The position numbers were made by a program, and so were the translations under genes. Shown piece after piece: positions 21,727 through 31,610 of a stretch of 64,000 nucleotides of DNA. Each line of letters begins with the position of its first letter. Position 1 is the first letter of the stretch. The DNA comes from an uncultured cyanobacterium (GTDB lineage Bacteria; Cyanobacteriota; Cyanobacteriia; PCC-6307; Cyanobiaceae): NCBI GenBank assembly GCA_963765575.1, contig CAVXWZ010000008.1, positions 32,001-96,000 on the forward strand, given 5' to 3'. The notes under the pieces are model-generated. The model was not told the origin of the DNA and did not search any database. It worked only from the letters and a program-made list of their open reading frames with translations.

Positions 21727-22230
21727 TCAGTTGCAGCCCTGCACCGAGATGCGATAGCTGAAGCCTGTCGCATCAGGATCTTTGCTGGCGCCCACCTTGA
21801 AGTTGATCTGGCTGGTGGTCTTGCCGGGAACAGCCTTGAAGGGCCCGTACATCTTGCCGGTGCCGACTGGAGGACTGATCTCTTCATCAAAGAGATTGAG
21901 ACTGGAATTGTCCGTGAACTTCATAAACCCGCGTACGGGGTATTTGGCCTTGGCATCGGTCGAGTCTGCAGTGAAGAAGAGCTTGTAGCTCTTGTAGGGC
22001 TTGTTGACAGCGAAATCGGTGTCCCAGTTGGTGCGGCCCAGCAGCATCCCCAGGGGACCGACCTTTGGTCGCTCAACCCGTTTGGAGACGATGTCGGATG
22101 TTCCGTCTCCACCGATCGGCTTCAGGAAGGTGCACGTCTCCGCCCGGACACTGCCAGCGGCCACAACCGGCAGGCTGCAGCCCAGGGCCAGGGGCAGCAG
22201 ATGACGAAGAAACATGGAGGCGGGGCGCAT
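21727..22230 (-). CDS. Exported beta-rich hypothetical protein, paralog B
   Basis: ETCTFLKPIGGDG..TNWDTDF..FSYRISVQGCN; roughly two-thirds identical to paralog A by eye. Confidence 0.8.
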   Translation of the reverse strand: MRPASMFLRHLLPLALGCSLPVVAAGSVRAETCTFLKPIGGDGTSDIVSKRVERPKVGPLGMLLGRTNWDTDFAVNKPYKSYKLFFTADSTDAKAKYPVRGFMKFTDNSSLNLFDEEISPPVGTGKMYGPFKAVPGKTTSQINFKVGASKDPDATGFSYRISVQGCN

Positions 22231-22262
22231 GGCGCGTTTGGGCTGTGAGACTGCTTCTTGAG

Positions 22263-23219
22263 TCAAGCATCCTGGTGGGAAGCCTGAATCAGCGGCCGGG
22301 CCGGATCGAGACCCTCCACTTCACCCTGGAACACCCGGCTGGCGGTGATGTCCTCCGCTTCGATCGTCATCAGGTCGAGCTTCGTCACCGCCGTGCCCAT
22401 GCCGCTGAACAGGCGGTTGGCCTGGCGCATGCGGGCCCGGTCGATGGCGTTGCGGATCGAGCGGGCATTGGCGAAGAAGGGCAGCTGCATGCGTCGCTGG
22501 ATGTAATCAGCAAAGGCGCCGCGTGCCTCATCGCTGAAGCGGTAGTTTTCGGCTGCGAGGATCAGCTGGGAGATCGCCAGCAGCTCGTCGCCACTGTAAT
22601 CCGGGAAATCGATGTGGTTTGCCACCCGCGACGAGAGGCCTGGATTGCTCTGGTAGAACACATCCATACGCTCTTTGTAGCCGGCGAAGATCACCACCAG
22701 ATCATCGCGGTTGTTCTCCATCACCTGCAGCAGGATCTCAATGGCTTCGGCTCCGTAGTCCCGCTCGTTCTCAGGCCTGTAGAGGTAATAGGCCTCATCG
22801 ATGAACAGCACTCCACCCATGGCCTTCTTGAGCATCTCGCGCGTCTTCGGGGCGGTGTGACCGATGTACTGACCCACCAGGTCGTCGCGGGTGGCGGTGA
22901 CCACATGGCCCTTGCGCACATACCCCAAGCCGTGCAGGATCCTGCTCATGCGCTCGGCCACGGTGGTCTTGCCCGTGCCGGGCCTGCCCGTGAACGACAT
23001 GTGCAGGCTGGGGGGAGCGGTGTCCAGCCCCACCTGCTGCCGGGCCCGGTTGACCACCAGCAGCGCCGCGATCTCGCGGATGCGGGCCTTCACCGGTTTG
23101 AGGCCCACCAGCTCCCGATCGAGCTCATCCAGCACCGCCTGCACCCCGGCACCTTCATACGCCGCCCGCAGGTCCACCACTGCTGGCCCATCCAGCGGTG
23201 GCCTGGCCGGGGATGTCAT
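22263..23219 (-). CDS. cbbX: Rubisco activase CbbX (AAA+)
   Basis: [43 protein letters not shown]. Confidence 0.96.
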   Translation of the reverse strand: MTSPARPPLDGPAVVDLRAAYEGAGVQAVLDELDRELVGLKPVKARIREIAALLVVNRARQQVGLDTAPPSLHMSFTGRPGTGKTTVAERMSRILHGLGYVRKGHVVTATRDDLVGQYIGHTAPKTREMLKKAMGGVLFIDEAYYLYRPENERDYGAEAIEILLQVMENNRDDLVVIFAGYKERMDVFYQSNPGLSSRVANHIDFPDYSGDELLAISQLILAAENYRFSDEARGAFADYIQRRMQLPFFANARSIRNAIDRARMRQANRLFSGMGTAVTKLDLMTIEAEDITASRVFQGEVEGLDPARPLIQASHQDA

Positions 23220-23488
23220 GGCTGGGGGTCGACGGGCAGAAGGGCGTCGATGGCGGCGGCGAAATCACCCTCCGTCGCTCCCACCCTGGCGCCTTCGGTC
23301 TCGGCGCGCAGGGTGAGGTTCACATAGGTGCGGCCGAAGCTGATGTCAGGAAACCGCTGCCGGGCTTCGCAGAGATCGTTGAGGCGCTCGAGAAAGTCGC
23401 GGGTGGCGGCGTAGTCGCTGAACTCCAGACGCCGCTCCAGCCACTCGGCCTGGTCCTGGCGGGGGCGGGGTGTCCAGGGCTGCTCCAT
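23216..23488 (-). CDS. Pterin-dehydratase-like protein (acRAF/Raf2 family)
   Basis: [31 protein letters not shown] in the cso locus. Confidence 0.85.
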   Translation of the reverse strand: MEQPWTPRPRQDQAEWLERRLEFSDYAATRDFLERLNDLCEARQRFPDISFGRTYVNLTLRAETEGARVGATEGDFAAAIDALLPVDPQP

Positions 23489-23497
23489 GGGCTGACC

Positions 23498-24658
23498 CTA
23501 GGCCAGCACTGGCCTGGGGCCGGCGAGGCAATCGCTGCGGGCCACCGCCAGCCGGGCGGCCCAGGCCTCGGCATGGGCCCGGTTGGCCCGCCGCTGGGCG
23601 GGGTCGCGGCTGGTGGAGGGGTGGGGCATGGTGCCGTCGATGGTGGCGTTGGTGACGCAGAACATCGCCTTCTGGAAGCTGCGGCAGATCTTCACGTGGA
23701 TGTCCCCCTCGCCCCGGCCGCACTGCTGATACCAGCGCTGCAGCGCAGCCGGCAAGTGGCGATACATGTCCTGCATCAGCAGGCTGGGGGGGATGCCGGC
23801 GCCCATGGTGGGCAGGGGATCGGCGTAGAGGGCTCCGTAGGCAAAACGGGCCTGGTCGGGGGAGATCTGCTCGGCCTGGGCGTTGAAACTCACGGTGCCG
23901 AAGAAGGGTGTGCCGCGCAGGAACACCGCCTCCACGTAGGGCAGGGCCACATCCACCAGGAAGCTGAGCCCGGCCTGGGGCGGCAACACCCACTGGCGCT
24001 GAGCGCCGATCTCCACGGCATAGGTGATCGGCTGGGCGGCGGCGGCCACCAGCCCGTCCTTGATGAACGTCACCACCGCCGGGATCGAGCGCACGCGGCC
24101 GTCGCGCTCAGCGGCGGCCAGGGCCAGGAACAGATCGCTCATCACGCGCCAGAACTGGCCGAGCGCGTGGCTGGTGGCAGCCGCACGGATCAGCTCCGGC
24201 AGGAAGGCGGGGGCCAGGGGATGCAGCAGAAACAGCAGCGCGTCCTGGCGTCGCTTGCTGGCGATGATCGCTCCACAGGAGTCGGTGAAGGCCGCGCTGT
24301 CGAGATAGGCATCAAGGCCGCCGGTGCCATGCCAGAGCATGGTTTTCATGCAGTACTCGGCGTATTCAAAATTGATGCGGTCGTGGTTGAGATACGTCCA
24401 GATCTTGGCGGGGCTGATGCTGCCGTTGAAATACTTGAATACCGGAAAGGGATTGAGAAACTGCCGCTCCGCCTGAAAGATCAGGTTGGTGCTGTAGGCA
24501 TCCAGCACCTCGCCGTAGCTCTCCAGCACCCCCACCACCTCCAGCAGGTGATCCGGGGTGTCCGCCAGCAGCGGCCCTGCGCCGAGCAGGCGCTGCACCA
24601 GTTCGCTGGCCGCCGGCATGTCCCCATCGCGGGTGAGATCGGCGGAGATCACCGGCAT
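23498..24658 (-). CDS. cupB: CO2 hydration protein CupB/ChpX
   Basis: EVVGVLESYG, DRINFEYAEYC, GAGIPPSLLMQDM; ~386 aa fits CupB. Confidence 0.88.
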   Translation of the reverse strand: MPVISADLTRDGDMPAASELVQRLLGAGPLLADTPDHLLEVVGVLESYGEVLDAYSTNLIFQAERQFLNPFPVFKYFNGSISPAKIWTYLNHDRINFEYAEYCMKTMLWHGTGGLDAYLDSAAFTDSCGAIIASKRRQDALLFLLHPLAPAFLPELIRAAATSHALGQFWRVMSDLFLALAAAERDGRVRSIPAVVTFIKDGLVAAAAQPITYAVEIGAQRQWVLPPQAGLSFLVDVALPYVEAVFLRGTPFFGTVSFNAQAEQISPDQARFAYGALYADPLPTMGAGIPPSLLMQDMYRHLPAALQRWYQQCGRGEGDIHVKICRSFQKAMFCVTNATIDGTMPHPSTSRDPAQRRANRAHAEAWAARLAVARSDCLAGPRPVLA

Positions 24659-26205
24659 CAGCCCAGCCCCGCCCCGAGCCGGGCCGCCACCAGCACCGGC
24701 AGCTCCGCCATGGCCGTGCTGGTGGCTTCGCTGAGGTAGCCCAGGCTGGCGGGCAGCAGACCCAGGGCCAGCACCGCCGCCGCCAGGGCCATGGCGGGCA
24801 GGGTTTCGCGCGGCGCCACCGATGGCAGCTCGATGTCCAGCCGGCTGTGGCGCAGCGGCTCCTGCAGTGGCGTGACCGCCAGCCGCCCGAAGAAGGCCCG
24901 GTTCACCAGCAAGAGGAAATACACGGCCGTCAGACCCGAGCCCACCATGGACAGCAGGGTGGCCACGGGGAAGGCGTTGAGGCTGCCGCGGAACACCAGG
25001 AACTCGGAGATGAACCCCGCCATCCCCGGCAGCCCCGCACTGGCCATCACCGCCAGGATCATCAGGCTGCCCGTGAGCGGCAGGCCGCGCTGGGGATTCA
25101 GCAGGCCGCGCAGCACCTCCAGATCCCGGCTGCCGGTTTTGCGGTACACGGTGCCCACCAGCAGGAACAGCAGGGCTGAGATCAGGCCGTGGCTGACCAT
25201 CTGAAACTCGGCCCCCAGCAAGGCCACCGGCGTGGCGGCGGCGGCGGCCAGCAGCACATAGCCCATGTGTCCCACCGAGCTGTAGGCCACCATGCGCTTC
25301 ATGTCCCGCTGGGCGATGGCGGCCAGCGAGCCGAACACCACCGACACCGCCGCCCAGATTGCCAGGCCAGGCGCCAGCCGTGCCCAGGCCTCGGGGAATA
25401 GCCCCAGGCCGAAGCGCAGCAGCCCGTAGGTGCCGAGTTTGAGCAGCACCCCCGCCAGCAGCACCGACACCGGCGTGGAGGCCTGGGTGTGGGCGTCCGG
25501 CAGCCAGGTGTGGAAGGGCACCAGGGGCATCTTGATGCCGAACCCCACCAGCAGCGCCGCCAGCAGCAGCAGCTGACTGCCCATCGACAGCTGTTCGCTG
25601 GTCACGGCCCTGAGGCTGAAGTCCACCGTGCCGGTGAGCAGGGCCAGACCGAGAAAGGCACCCAGGATCAGCATCCCCGAGACGGCCGTGAAGATCAGGA
25701 ACTTGGTGGCGGCGGCGGCCCTGCCGGCACCGCCCCAGATTGAGATCAGCAGCCACAGCGGGATCAGCTCCAGCTCGTAGAAGAGGAAGAACAGCAGCAG
25801 GTTGTCCGCCAGGAAGGCCCCGTTCACGGCGCCGCTGATCAGCAGCAACAGGGAGAAGTAGAGGCGGGGCCGGCGGCTGAATTCCCGCGTGCACACCACC
25901 GCCACCAGGGTCAGGGCACCGTTGATCAGCACCAGCGGCAGCGACAGGCCATCGACGCCAAGGCGGTAGTTGAGGCCGATCCCCGGCAGCCAGGGGTGAA
26001 TCTCGCGCAGCTGCAGCTCCGGGTTGAGCGGATCGAAGGGCACCAGCATCAGCAGGCTGATGAGGATCTGGGCCGTGATCACGGCGATCGCCACGCTGCG
26101 CAGTCGCGCCGGTGGCGGCTGGCCCGGCCACAGGATCATCGCCAGGCTGCCCGCGAGCGGAACCGCCAGCAGCAGGGACAGCAGGGGCAGCTCGGCCAGG
26201 GTCAT
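24658..26205 (-). CDS. ndhD4: NDH-1 subunit D4
   Basis: FYELELIP, PFHTWLPDAH, LLKLGTYG; lies between ndhF and cup. Confidence 0.85.
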   Translation of the reverse strand: MTLAELPLLSLLLAVPLAGSLAMILWPGQPPPARLRSVAIAVITAQILISLLMLVPFDPLNPELQLREIHPWLPGIGLNYRLGVDGLSLPLVLINGALTLVAVVCTREFSRRPRLYFSLLLLISGAVNGAFLADNLLLFFLFYELELIPLWLLISIWGGAGRAAAATKFLIFTAVSGMLILGAFLGLALLTGTVDFSLRAVTSEQLSMGSQLLLLAALLVGFGIKMPLVPFHTWLPDAHTQASTPVSVLLAGVLLKLGTYGLLRFGLGLFPEAWARLAPGLAIWAAVSVVFGSLAAIAQRDMKRMVAYSSVGHMGYVLLAAAAATPVALLGAEFQMVSHGLISALLFLLVGTVYRKTGSRDLEVLRGLLNPQRGLPLTGSLMILAVMASAGLPGMAGFISEFLVFRGSLNAFPVATLLSMVGSGLTAVYFLLLVNRAFFGRLAVTPLQEPLRHSRLDIELPSVAPRETLPAMALAAAVLALGLLPASLGYLSEATSTAMAELPVLVAARLGAGLG

Positions 26206-28088
26206 CGCAGCAGCTCCCCTGGAACGACGCTCAGGGCTCCCCACCAGCTGAGGCCGCAGAGCAGCAGCACGATCGCCACCACCACGGTGAACACATACGA
26301 CTGCAACCGCCCGCTGACGCTGAGCCGCAGGGTCTCGGCGCTCTGCAGCGACAACTGACCGATGCCGTTCACCAGGCCATTCACCAGTCGCTGGTCCACC
26401 CAGTCGGTGCAGCGGGCGGCGGCCGCCACGAAGGCCACCACCGTGTTGCGGTAGAGGCGCTCGGTGTAGAAGTCGTGGGAGAGCAGATCCTGCAGCCGGC
26501 GCAACGGGTGAACGGCGGGGTGGGAGCGGAATTGATCCAGGGGCAGCAGGCGCCCCAGCAGCACCCCCGCCAGACCACTGGCCACGACGGCCAGGGCCAC
26601 TGGCAGGGAGAACGAGGCGATGCCCGGCACCGGGTCGATGCGCTGCATCAGCAGTGGGGTGAGCAGCACCATCACCGTGAGGCTCACCATCGGCAGCGCC
26701 ATCAGCCAGCTCACTTCCGGGGTGCGGCGGGTCTTGGGCATCGGCGCCCGCAGGAACAGGCAGCGGAACACCCGGGTGAGGTTCGCTGCCGTGAGCAGGT
26801 TGGTGAGCAGAAACACGGCGGCGAAGGGCAGGGCCGCGGGGCTGAGGACCTCCACGGCCTGGCCATAGCACCAGAAACAGCCGAGGGGCAGCAGGCCCAC
26901 CAGCCCGGCGGCCGCCACCAGGTAGGCGCTCAGGGTGGCGGGCATGCGTCGGCCGATGCCGCCGAGTTCATTGAGGTTCTGGCAGTTGGTGGTGGCGATC
27001 ACGGCGCCCACGGCCATGAACAGCAGGGCCTTGGCCAGTCCGTGACAGAGCAGCAGCAGCAGGGCGATGGCCGGCTGCTGCAGGGCGATGGCCACGAACA
27101 CCAGCCCCAGGCAGGAGCTGGTGGAGTAGGAGAAGGCGCGCTTGAGATCCACCTGGGCCAGGGCCACCAGCGCTCCGCCCACGGCACTGATGGTGCCCAC
27201 CACCAGCAGCACGTCGGTGGCGATCAGGGACAGCTGCAGCAGGGGCATCAGTTTCATCAGCACCAGCGCACCGGCCGTCACCACCACCGAATTGCGCAGG
27301 ATCGAGGCCGGGTTGGGGCCCTCCATGGCCTCATCCAGCCACAGGTGCATGGGGAACTGGGCGCACTTGCCCATGGGACCGGCGATCAGCCCCAGGCCCA
27401 GCAGGGTGCCGGTCAGGGGGCTGATGCTGCCGCTGAGCCTGGCCTCTGCCGCCCAGCTGTAGAGGTCGGTGAACTCCATCGACCCCGACCTGGCCGCCAG
27501 CGTCACCACGCCCATCAGCAGCAGCACATCGCCCACCCGCTTGGTGAGGAAGGCGTCGCGGGCGGCTGTGACCACCAGCGGCTGGGCGTACCAGAAGCCC
27601 ACCAGCAGGTAGGTGGAGAGGGTGAGCATCTCCAGCAGGAAATAGCTCAGCACCAGGTTGCTGCTCAGCACCAACCCCGCCAGGGCGCCTTCAAAGAAAC
27701 CCAGCAGGCCGAAGAAGCGGGCCAGCGACCACTCCTTGTCCAGGTAGCCGAGGGCGAAGACCTGGGCCAGCAGGCTCATCACGGTCACCAGCTCCAGGGC
27801 GGCGAGGGTGTTGGCCGAGAACTCCAGACCGATGCGCAGCTGCAGATCCGCCGCCGCAAACCAGTCCAGATTGAGGTGCTGCGGCCCGCTGAAGCCCACG
27901 GCGCGCAGGGCCAGGCTGCCGTGCAACACGGCCAGCAGGGTCACGAGGATGTTGAGGTAGGCAGCCGGCCGCTGGCCGCGGCGCGGGAAGAGGTTGCAGG
28001 CCCAGGGCAGGGCCAGCAGCAGGCCGCTGAAGCCGTAGAGCGGAATCAGCCAGGCGAAGCGGAGGCTCAGGGGCAAGGAGTCGGCCAA
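26202..28088 (-). CDS. ndhF4: NDH-1 subunit F4
   Basis: QRPAAYLN, ARDAFLTKRVGD, KCAQFPMHLWLDEAMEGPNPAS. Confidence 0.87.
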   Translation of the reverse strand: MADSLPLSLRFAWLIPLYGFSGLLLALPWACNLFPRRGQRPAAYLNILVTLLAVLHGSLALRAVGFSGPQHLNLDWFAAADLQLRIGLEFSANTLAALELVTVMSLLAQVFALGYLDKEWSLARFFGLLGFFEGALAGLVLSSNLVLSYFLLEMLTLSTYLLVGFWYAQPLVVTAARDAFLTKRVGDVLLLMGVVTLAARSGSMEFTDLYSWAAEARLSGSISPLTGTLLGLGLIAGPMGKCAQFPMHLWLDEAMEGPNPASILRNSVVVTAGALVLMKLMPLLQLSLIATDVLLVVGTISAVGGALVALAQVDLKRAFSYSTSSCLGLVFVAIALQQPAIALLLLLCHGLAKALLFMAVGAVIATTNCQNLNELGGIGRRMPATLSAYLVAAAGLVGLLPLGCFWCYGQAVEVLSPAALPFAAVFLLTNLLTAANLTRVFRCLFLRAPMPKTRRTPEVSWLMALPMVSLTVMVLLTPLLMQRIDPVPGIASFSLPVALAVVASGLAGVLLGRLLPLDQFRSHPAVHPLRRLQDLLSHDFYTERLYRNTVVAFVAAAARCTDWVDQRLVNGLVNGIGQLSLQSAETLRLSVSGRLQSYVFTVVVAIVLLLCGLSWWGALSVVPGELLR

Positions 28089-28182
28089 GGGCGGTCGAGG
28101 CGGAGGGACTCCCGGCTGGAGCTCCGGCGCAGAAATTTAGGGTTGGCCCAGGGTCGCCGCCGGGCCGCCGCGCCGTTCCGCT

Positions 28183-28656
28183 CTAAAACGTTGCCCGCTG
28201 CAGCGCACCCGGGGGGGCAGCCCTGAGCTCGCGCAGCCAGGCACCGAGGTCCTCGGCGTGGTGCTGCTCGTCGTCCCACAGCTGGCGGAAGAAGGACTCG
28301 CTGGCCTCGTCCCCCACCAGCAGGCAGAAGCGCACGGCCTCGGCATAGAGCTGCACCAGGTCGTCCTCCAGCGCCATGTTCTGGCGCAGCAGTCCGGCCA
28401 GATCGGTGGCGTGGCTCGCGGGCCGCAACTGGGAGGCGGCTGGGCCCACCCCCAGGCTGAGCATGCGCTTCACGATCGCCTCGGCGTGGCGCATCTCCTC
28501 CACCGTTTCCTGGCGGAAGCGCTGGGCGGCTTCCGTGTCGCCCCACTGCTCCACCAGGCAGGCCTGGGTCATGTACTGCTGCACGGCGGTGAGCTCAAGG
28601 CTCAGGGCGCGGCCGAGATAACCCAGGACGCGCGGATGGACGGCGTCTGTGGGCAT
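28183..28656 (-). CDS. Bacterioferritin-like protein of the cso locus
   Basis: ELTAVQQY, EEMRH and DEQHH di-iron-type motifs. Confidence 0.85.
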   Translation of the reverse strand: MPTDAVHPRVLGYLGRALSLELTAVQQYMTQACLVEQWGDTEAAQRFRQETVEEMRHAEAIVKRMLSLGVGPAASQLRPASHATDLAGLLRQNMALEDDLVQLYAEAVRFCLLVGDEASESFFRQLWDDEQHHAEDLGAWLRELRAAPPGALQRATF

Positions 28657-29279
28657 CAGAGGCGGCGGGTGATGCCGCTGTTGCGCAGCGCCGGCTCCAC
28701 TTCACCGTGGGGACGGGCAATGATGTGGGCCGCCACCAGGCCATCACCCACCCGTTCACAGGCGTCGGCACCAGCCCGCACCGCGGCGTTCACGGCTCCC
28801 GTTTCACCGCGCACGAGCACGGTGACATAGCCTCCGCCCACGAATTCGCGCCCCACCAGGCTCACCTCGGCGGCTTTGGTCATGGCGTCGGCCGCCTCGA
28901 TGGCGGGCACGAGTCCGCGGGTTTCGATCATGCCCAGGGCGATCCCGCGCACAACTTGCGGCTCCTCCCGGGCCGGGGTGGCGGGGCGCTTGCCGCCACC
29001 GCCGGCACCAGCTGTGCCGCTGCTGCCCCGCCGGGTTCCGGTGCTGCTGCTGGCCCGGCGGCTGCCCACCGGCGCACTGCGCCGGCTGGCCGCCGCTGCG
29101 GGCAGGGCCCGGGTTGTGCGGCCAGCGGCAGCTGGGGCGGCTGCTGGAGGCTTCTCGGCGGCCGCTGGGCTTGGTGCTGGCGAGTCAGCGCTGGCTGCCG
29201 GCTTCGCCGCCGCGGGGGCAGACGGGGCGGGGCTGGAGTCGGTGTTGGGGCGGGGGCTGGCGGCCATGGGGGCGGACAT
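28656..29279 (-). CDS. csoS1E: BMC shell protein with long N-terminal extension (CsoS1E)
   Basis: Ala/Pro/Arg-rich N-terminus, then [22 protein letters not shown]. Confidence 0.85.
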   Translation of the reverse strand: MSAPMAASPRPNTDSSPAPSAPAAAKPAASADSPAPSPAAAEKPPAAAPAAAGRTTRALPAAAASRRSAPVGSRRASSSTGTRRGSSGTAGAGGGGKRPATPAREEPQVVRGIALGMIETRGLVPAIEAADAMTKAAEVSLVGREFVGGGYVTVLVRGETGAVNAAVRAGADACERVGDGLVAAHIIARPHGEVEPALRNSGITRRL

Positions 29280-29316
29280 TGGGAAGGAAATGAATCAGCG
29301 CAGGGGCGGCCCCGCT

Positions 29317-29625
29317 TCAGGGTGGCGGCGTCACGGGCGGTGGCGTTCCGGGCGGTGGCGCCGGTGCCGGCTCAGGGACCTCCGGCTCCCAGAAATCAAT
29401 GATTCCACCGATCGTCAGGTCGGTGAAGACATCGGGGTTGGGACAGGCCCAGCGGGCGGCCGAGCCGCTGGCGGTGAACACCCAGTTGCCGGGCGAAGCC
29501 CCCACCGGATCCACCGCCACACTGAACTTGCCCTTGTTGTTGCGCAGCACGCGCAGTTGGGAATGGTCCAGTCCGCCCACCCTGTGGGTGCAGACCAGCG
29601 AGTTGATCACCTGCATGATCTCCAT
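29317..29625 (-). CDS. csoS4B: Carboxysome vertex pentamer CsoS4B
   Basis: MEIMQV..VAVDPVGA..GSAAR..DLTIGGIID. Confidence 0.92.
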   Translation of the reverse strand: MEIMQVINSLVCTHRVGGLDHSQLRVLRNNKGKFSVAVDPVGASPGNWVFTASGSAARWACPNPDVFTDLTIGGIIDFWEPEVPEPAPAPPPGTPPPVTPPP

Positions 29626-29912
29626 TACTGGGCACCCCCGTTGAGGCGGGTGGCCTCGTTCCGGGCCGCCTGGGGATCCCAGTGGTCGATGATGCCCACG
29701 ATCGTCAGATCGCTGGGATACGACTTGCTGCCGGCGGCCTCGCGGGCCGCGGAACTGCCCACGCAGATCACCCAGTCGCCGGGGATGGCCCCCACCGCAT
29801 CCACAGCCACCTTCTGGGTGCTGCCGTCCAGCACCACCTGCAGGTGCTTGTGCTCAAAACCGGGAATGCGGTTGGTGGACACCAGCGGTTTCACCACCTG
29901 ACAGATCAGCAT
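29625..29912 (-). CDS. csoS4A: Carboxysome vertex pentamer CsoS4A
   Basis: MLICQVVKPLVSTNRIPGFEHKHLQVV. Confidence 0.93.
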   Translation of the reverse strand: MLICQVVKPLVSTNRIPGFEHKHLQVVLDGSTQKVAVDAVGAIPGDWVICVGSSAAREAAGSKSYPSDLTIVGIIDHWDPQAARNEATRLNGGAQ

Positions 29913-29914
29913 CC

Positions 29915-31603
29915 TCAGTGACCTCCCACGGTCGCGAAGGTGATGGTCGAGCCCACCGTTTCGGCGGCGGCATGGCGATCCTGATCGCGCACCGTCAGCA
30001 GGGCATGGAGCAGCCCCTGCTGAAACAGCTGGCTGTAGCGATTCTCGATCGCCGCCTGCACCCGCTGGCAATGGCGAATCGCCCGCTCCCGGGCTCCGGG
30101 CACCTTGCCGTGGTAATCGAAGCGCACCACCACCGGCACGGGCAGCCCGCGCGAGACATTCAGACCCTTGAAGATCTTCACGCCCACATCCAGGTCTGGA
30201 GCCCCTTCTTCGACGGTGTCCATGTGGGCAAAGTAGGTGAGGTTGCGCAGGTGGATCTCCTTGAAGCCGATGCCCAGGCCGATGAAGCGCTCACCGTGGC
30301 CGTCCTCGCTGTAGTGGCCCCCGTGGTACTGACGCACGTAGTCGATCTGGGAGAGGTTGTGCTCCAGCAGCCGGCTCACCAGCTGCACCATGCCGGGATC
30401 CGGCGCTGAGGCTGCGGCCGCCTGCACCAGGTCGGCGATCTGCTGGCGGCCGCGCTCAGGCTCCAGCTGGCGGGTCTGCTCATAGACATCGCGGGCATCC
30501 AGCCAGCGATCCAGGTGGGTGGTGCCGTCCAGGCCGGGCACATGCACCCGGATGGCATCCGTGTCGGTGTCGATCCCCATCAGCAGCAGATCCACCGAGG
30601 CACCGCAACAGAAGCTGTTCTCCACCGCCTGCTGGAAGTCATCCAGTCGCGCCAGACCGCAGGACGCCGCCAGGGCATCGTTGCTGCCGTGGGCGGCGCA
30701 GCCTTCATGGCTGGGGTCGAGCGAGCTGAAGTGATACAGCACCACCTTCAGGTAGCGGGTGGGGTCATGGGCCGCGTTCGGCACCCCTTCGCGGTAGCGG
30801 CCGTGTTCGGTCTTCACCCAGCGGTTCACCGTCGACTCCACATCGAACAGGGCACCGGCGTGGGGCCTGCGGCGCACGGAGCTGAAGGGCAGGCGCAGGC
30901 CGTAGGCGATGGCATGGGCCAGGCGGCCATCGGCGCAAGGGGAGATGTCCAACAGATGGAAGCCGCAGCTGAGCAGGAAGGCGTCAAAACTCTCGGCCGC
31001 AGCGCTGCCCGGTCGTCCGTGCAGCGGGTCGCTGTTGAAGAAGCTGGCACTGGTGTGCTCATAGGCCTCGAACACGCACCAGGCGAACAGGGTGCGCATG
31101 TCCAGCTGACTCACCCAGGCGCTCTCCAGCACCGGCAAGGGCAGCCCATGGTCGAGTTCGCGCAGGGCGAGGTTCTGGGCCCGCTCCACGAATTGATCCT
31201 GGTGCTGGAGGCCGGCGATCTGCTGCAGCACCGGCACGATGCGTTCGAAGCGGTGCTTGACCTGCTGGTCGTAGGCCCGCAGGGCCTGGTTGGCCGCCTG
31301 GTCGGTGAGCGGGTGCGCGGCGGCCGTCGGCAGGCTGCTCAGCGGCCTGGGGCCCTCACCCCTGGGGCGATTCGTCGGGGCGCCGCTGCCCTGGCGCCGG
31401 CCGCGCACCGGCCGCAGGTTGGCGGGGGTGCTGGGGGTCCGGGCCTGTTGCAGGACCGTGCGGGCCCTGGTGCCGCGCAGGGGCGGGTTGCCGGCCGTGG
31501 TGGGTGCGGTGTCGGTGTCCTGGGGGGGCAGGGGAGCTCCGGGCCGCCGCCGTGGAGCCGTTGGCGCCAGGGGGCGATCGGCGGATGCTGAACGGCGGGG
31601 CAT
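29915..31603 (-). CDS. csoSCA: Carboxysomal carbonic anhydrase
   Basis: PCADGRLAH, HFSS..GCAAHGS. Confidence 0.95.
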   Translation of the reverse strand: MPRRSASADRPLAPTAPRRRPGAPLPPQDTDTAPTTAGNPPLRGTRARTVLQQARTPSTPANLRPVRGRRQGSGAPTNRPRGEGPRPLSSLPTAAAHPLTDQAANQALRAYDQQVKHRFERIVPVLQQIAGLQHQDQFVERAQNLALRELDHGLPLPVLESAWVSQLDMRTLFAWCVFEAYEHTSASFFNSDPLHGRPGSAAAESFDAFLLSCGFHLLDISPCADGRLAHAIAYGLRLPFSSVRRRPHAGALFDVESTVNRWVKTEHGRYREGVPNAAHDPTRYLKVVLYHFSSLDPSHEGCAAHGSNDALAASCGLARLDDFQQAVENSFCCGASVDLLLMGIDTDTDAIRVHVPGLDGTTHLDRWLDARDVYEQTRQLEPERGRQQIADLVQAAAASAPDPGMVQLVSRLLEHNLSQIDYVRQYHGGHYSEDGHGERFIGLGIGFKEIHLRNLTYFAHMDTVEEGAPDLDVGVKIFKGLNVSRGLPVPVVVRFDYHGKVPGARERAIRHCQRVQAAIENRYSQLFQQGLLHALLTVRDQDRHAAAETVGSTITFATVGGH

Positions 31604-31610
31604 GATCCGC

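Noticed and set aside
22263..29279. cbbX, ferritin-like gene and NDH-1 CO2-uptake genes attached to the cso operon as a novel system
   Set aside because: This arrangement is already known in alpha-cyanobacteria.
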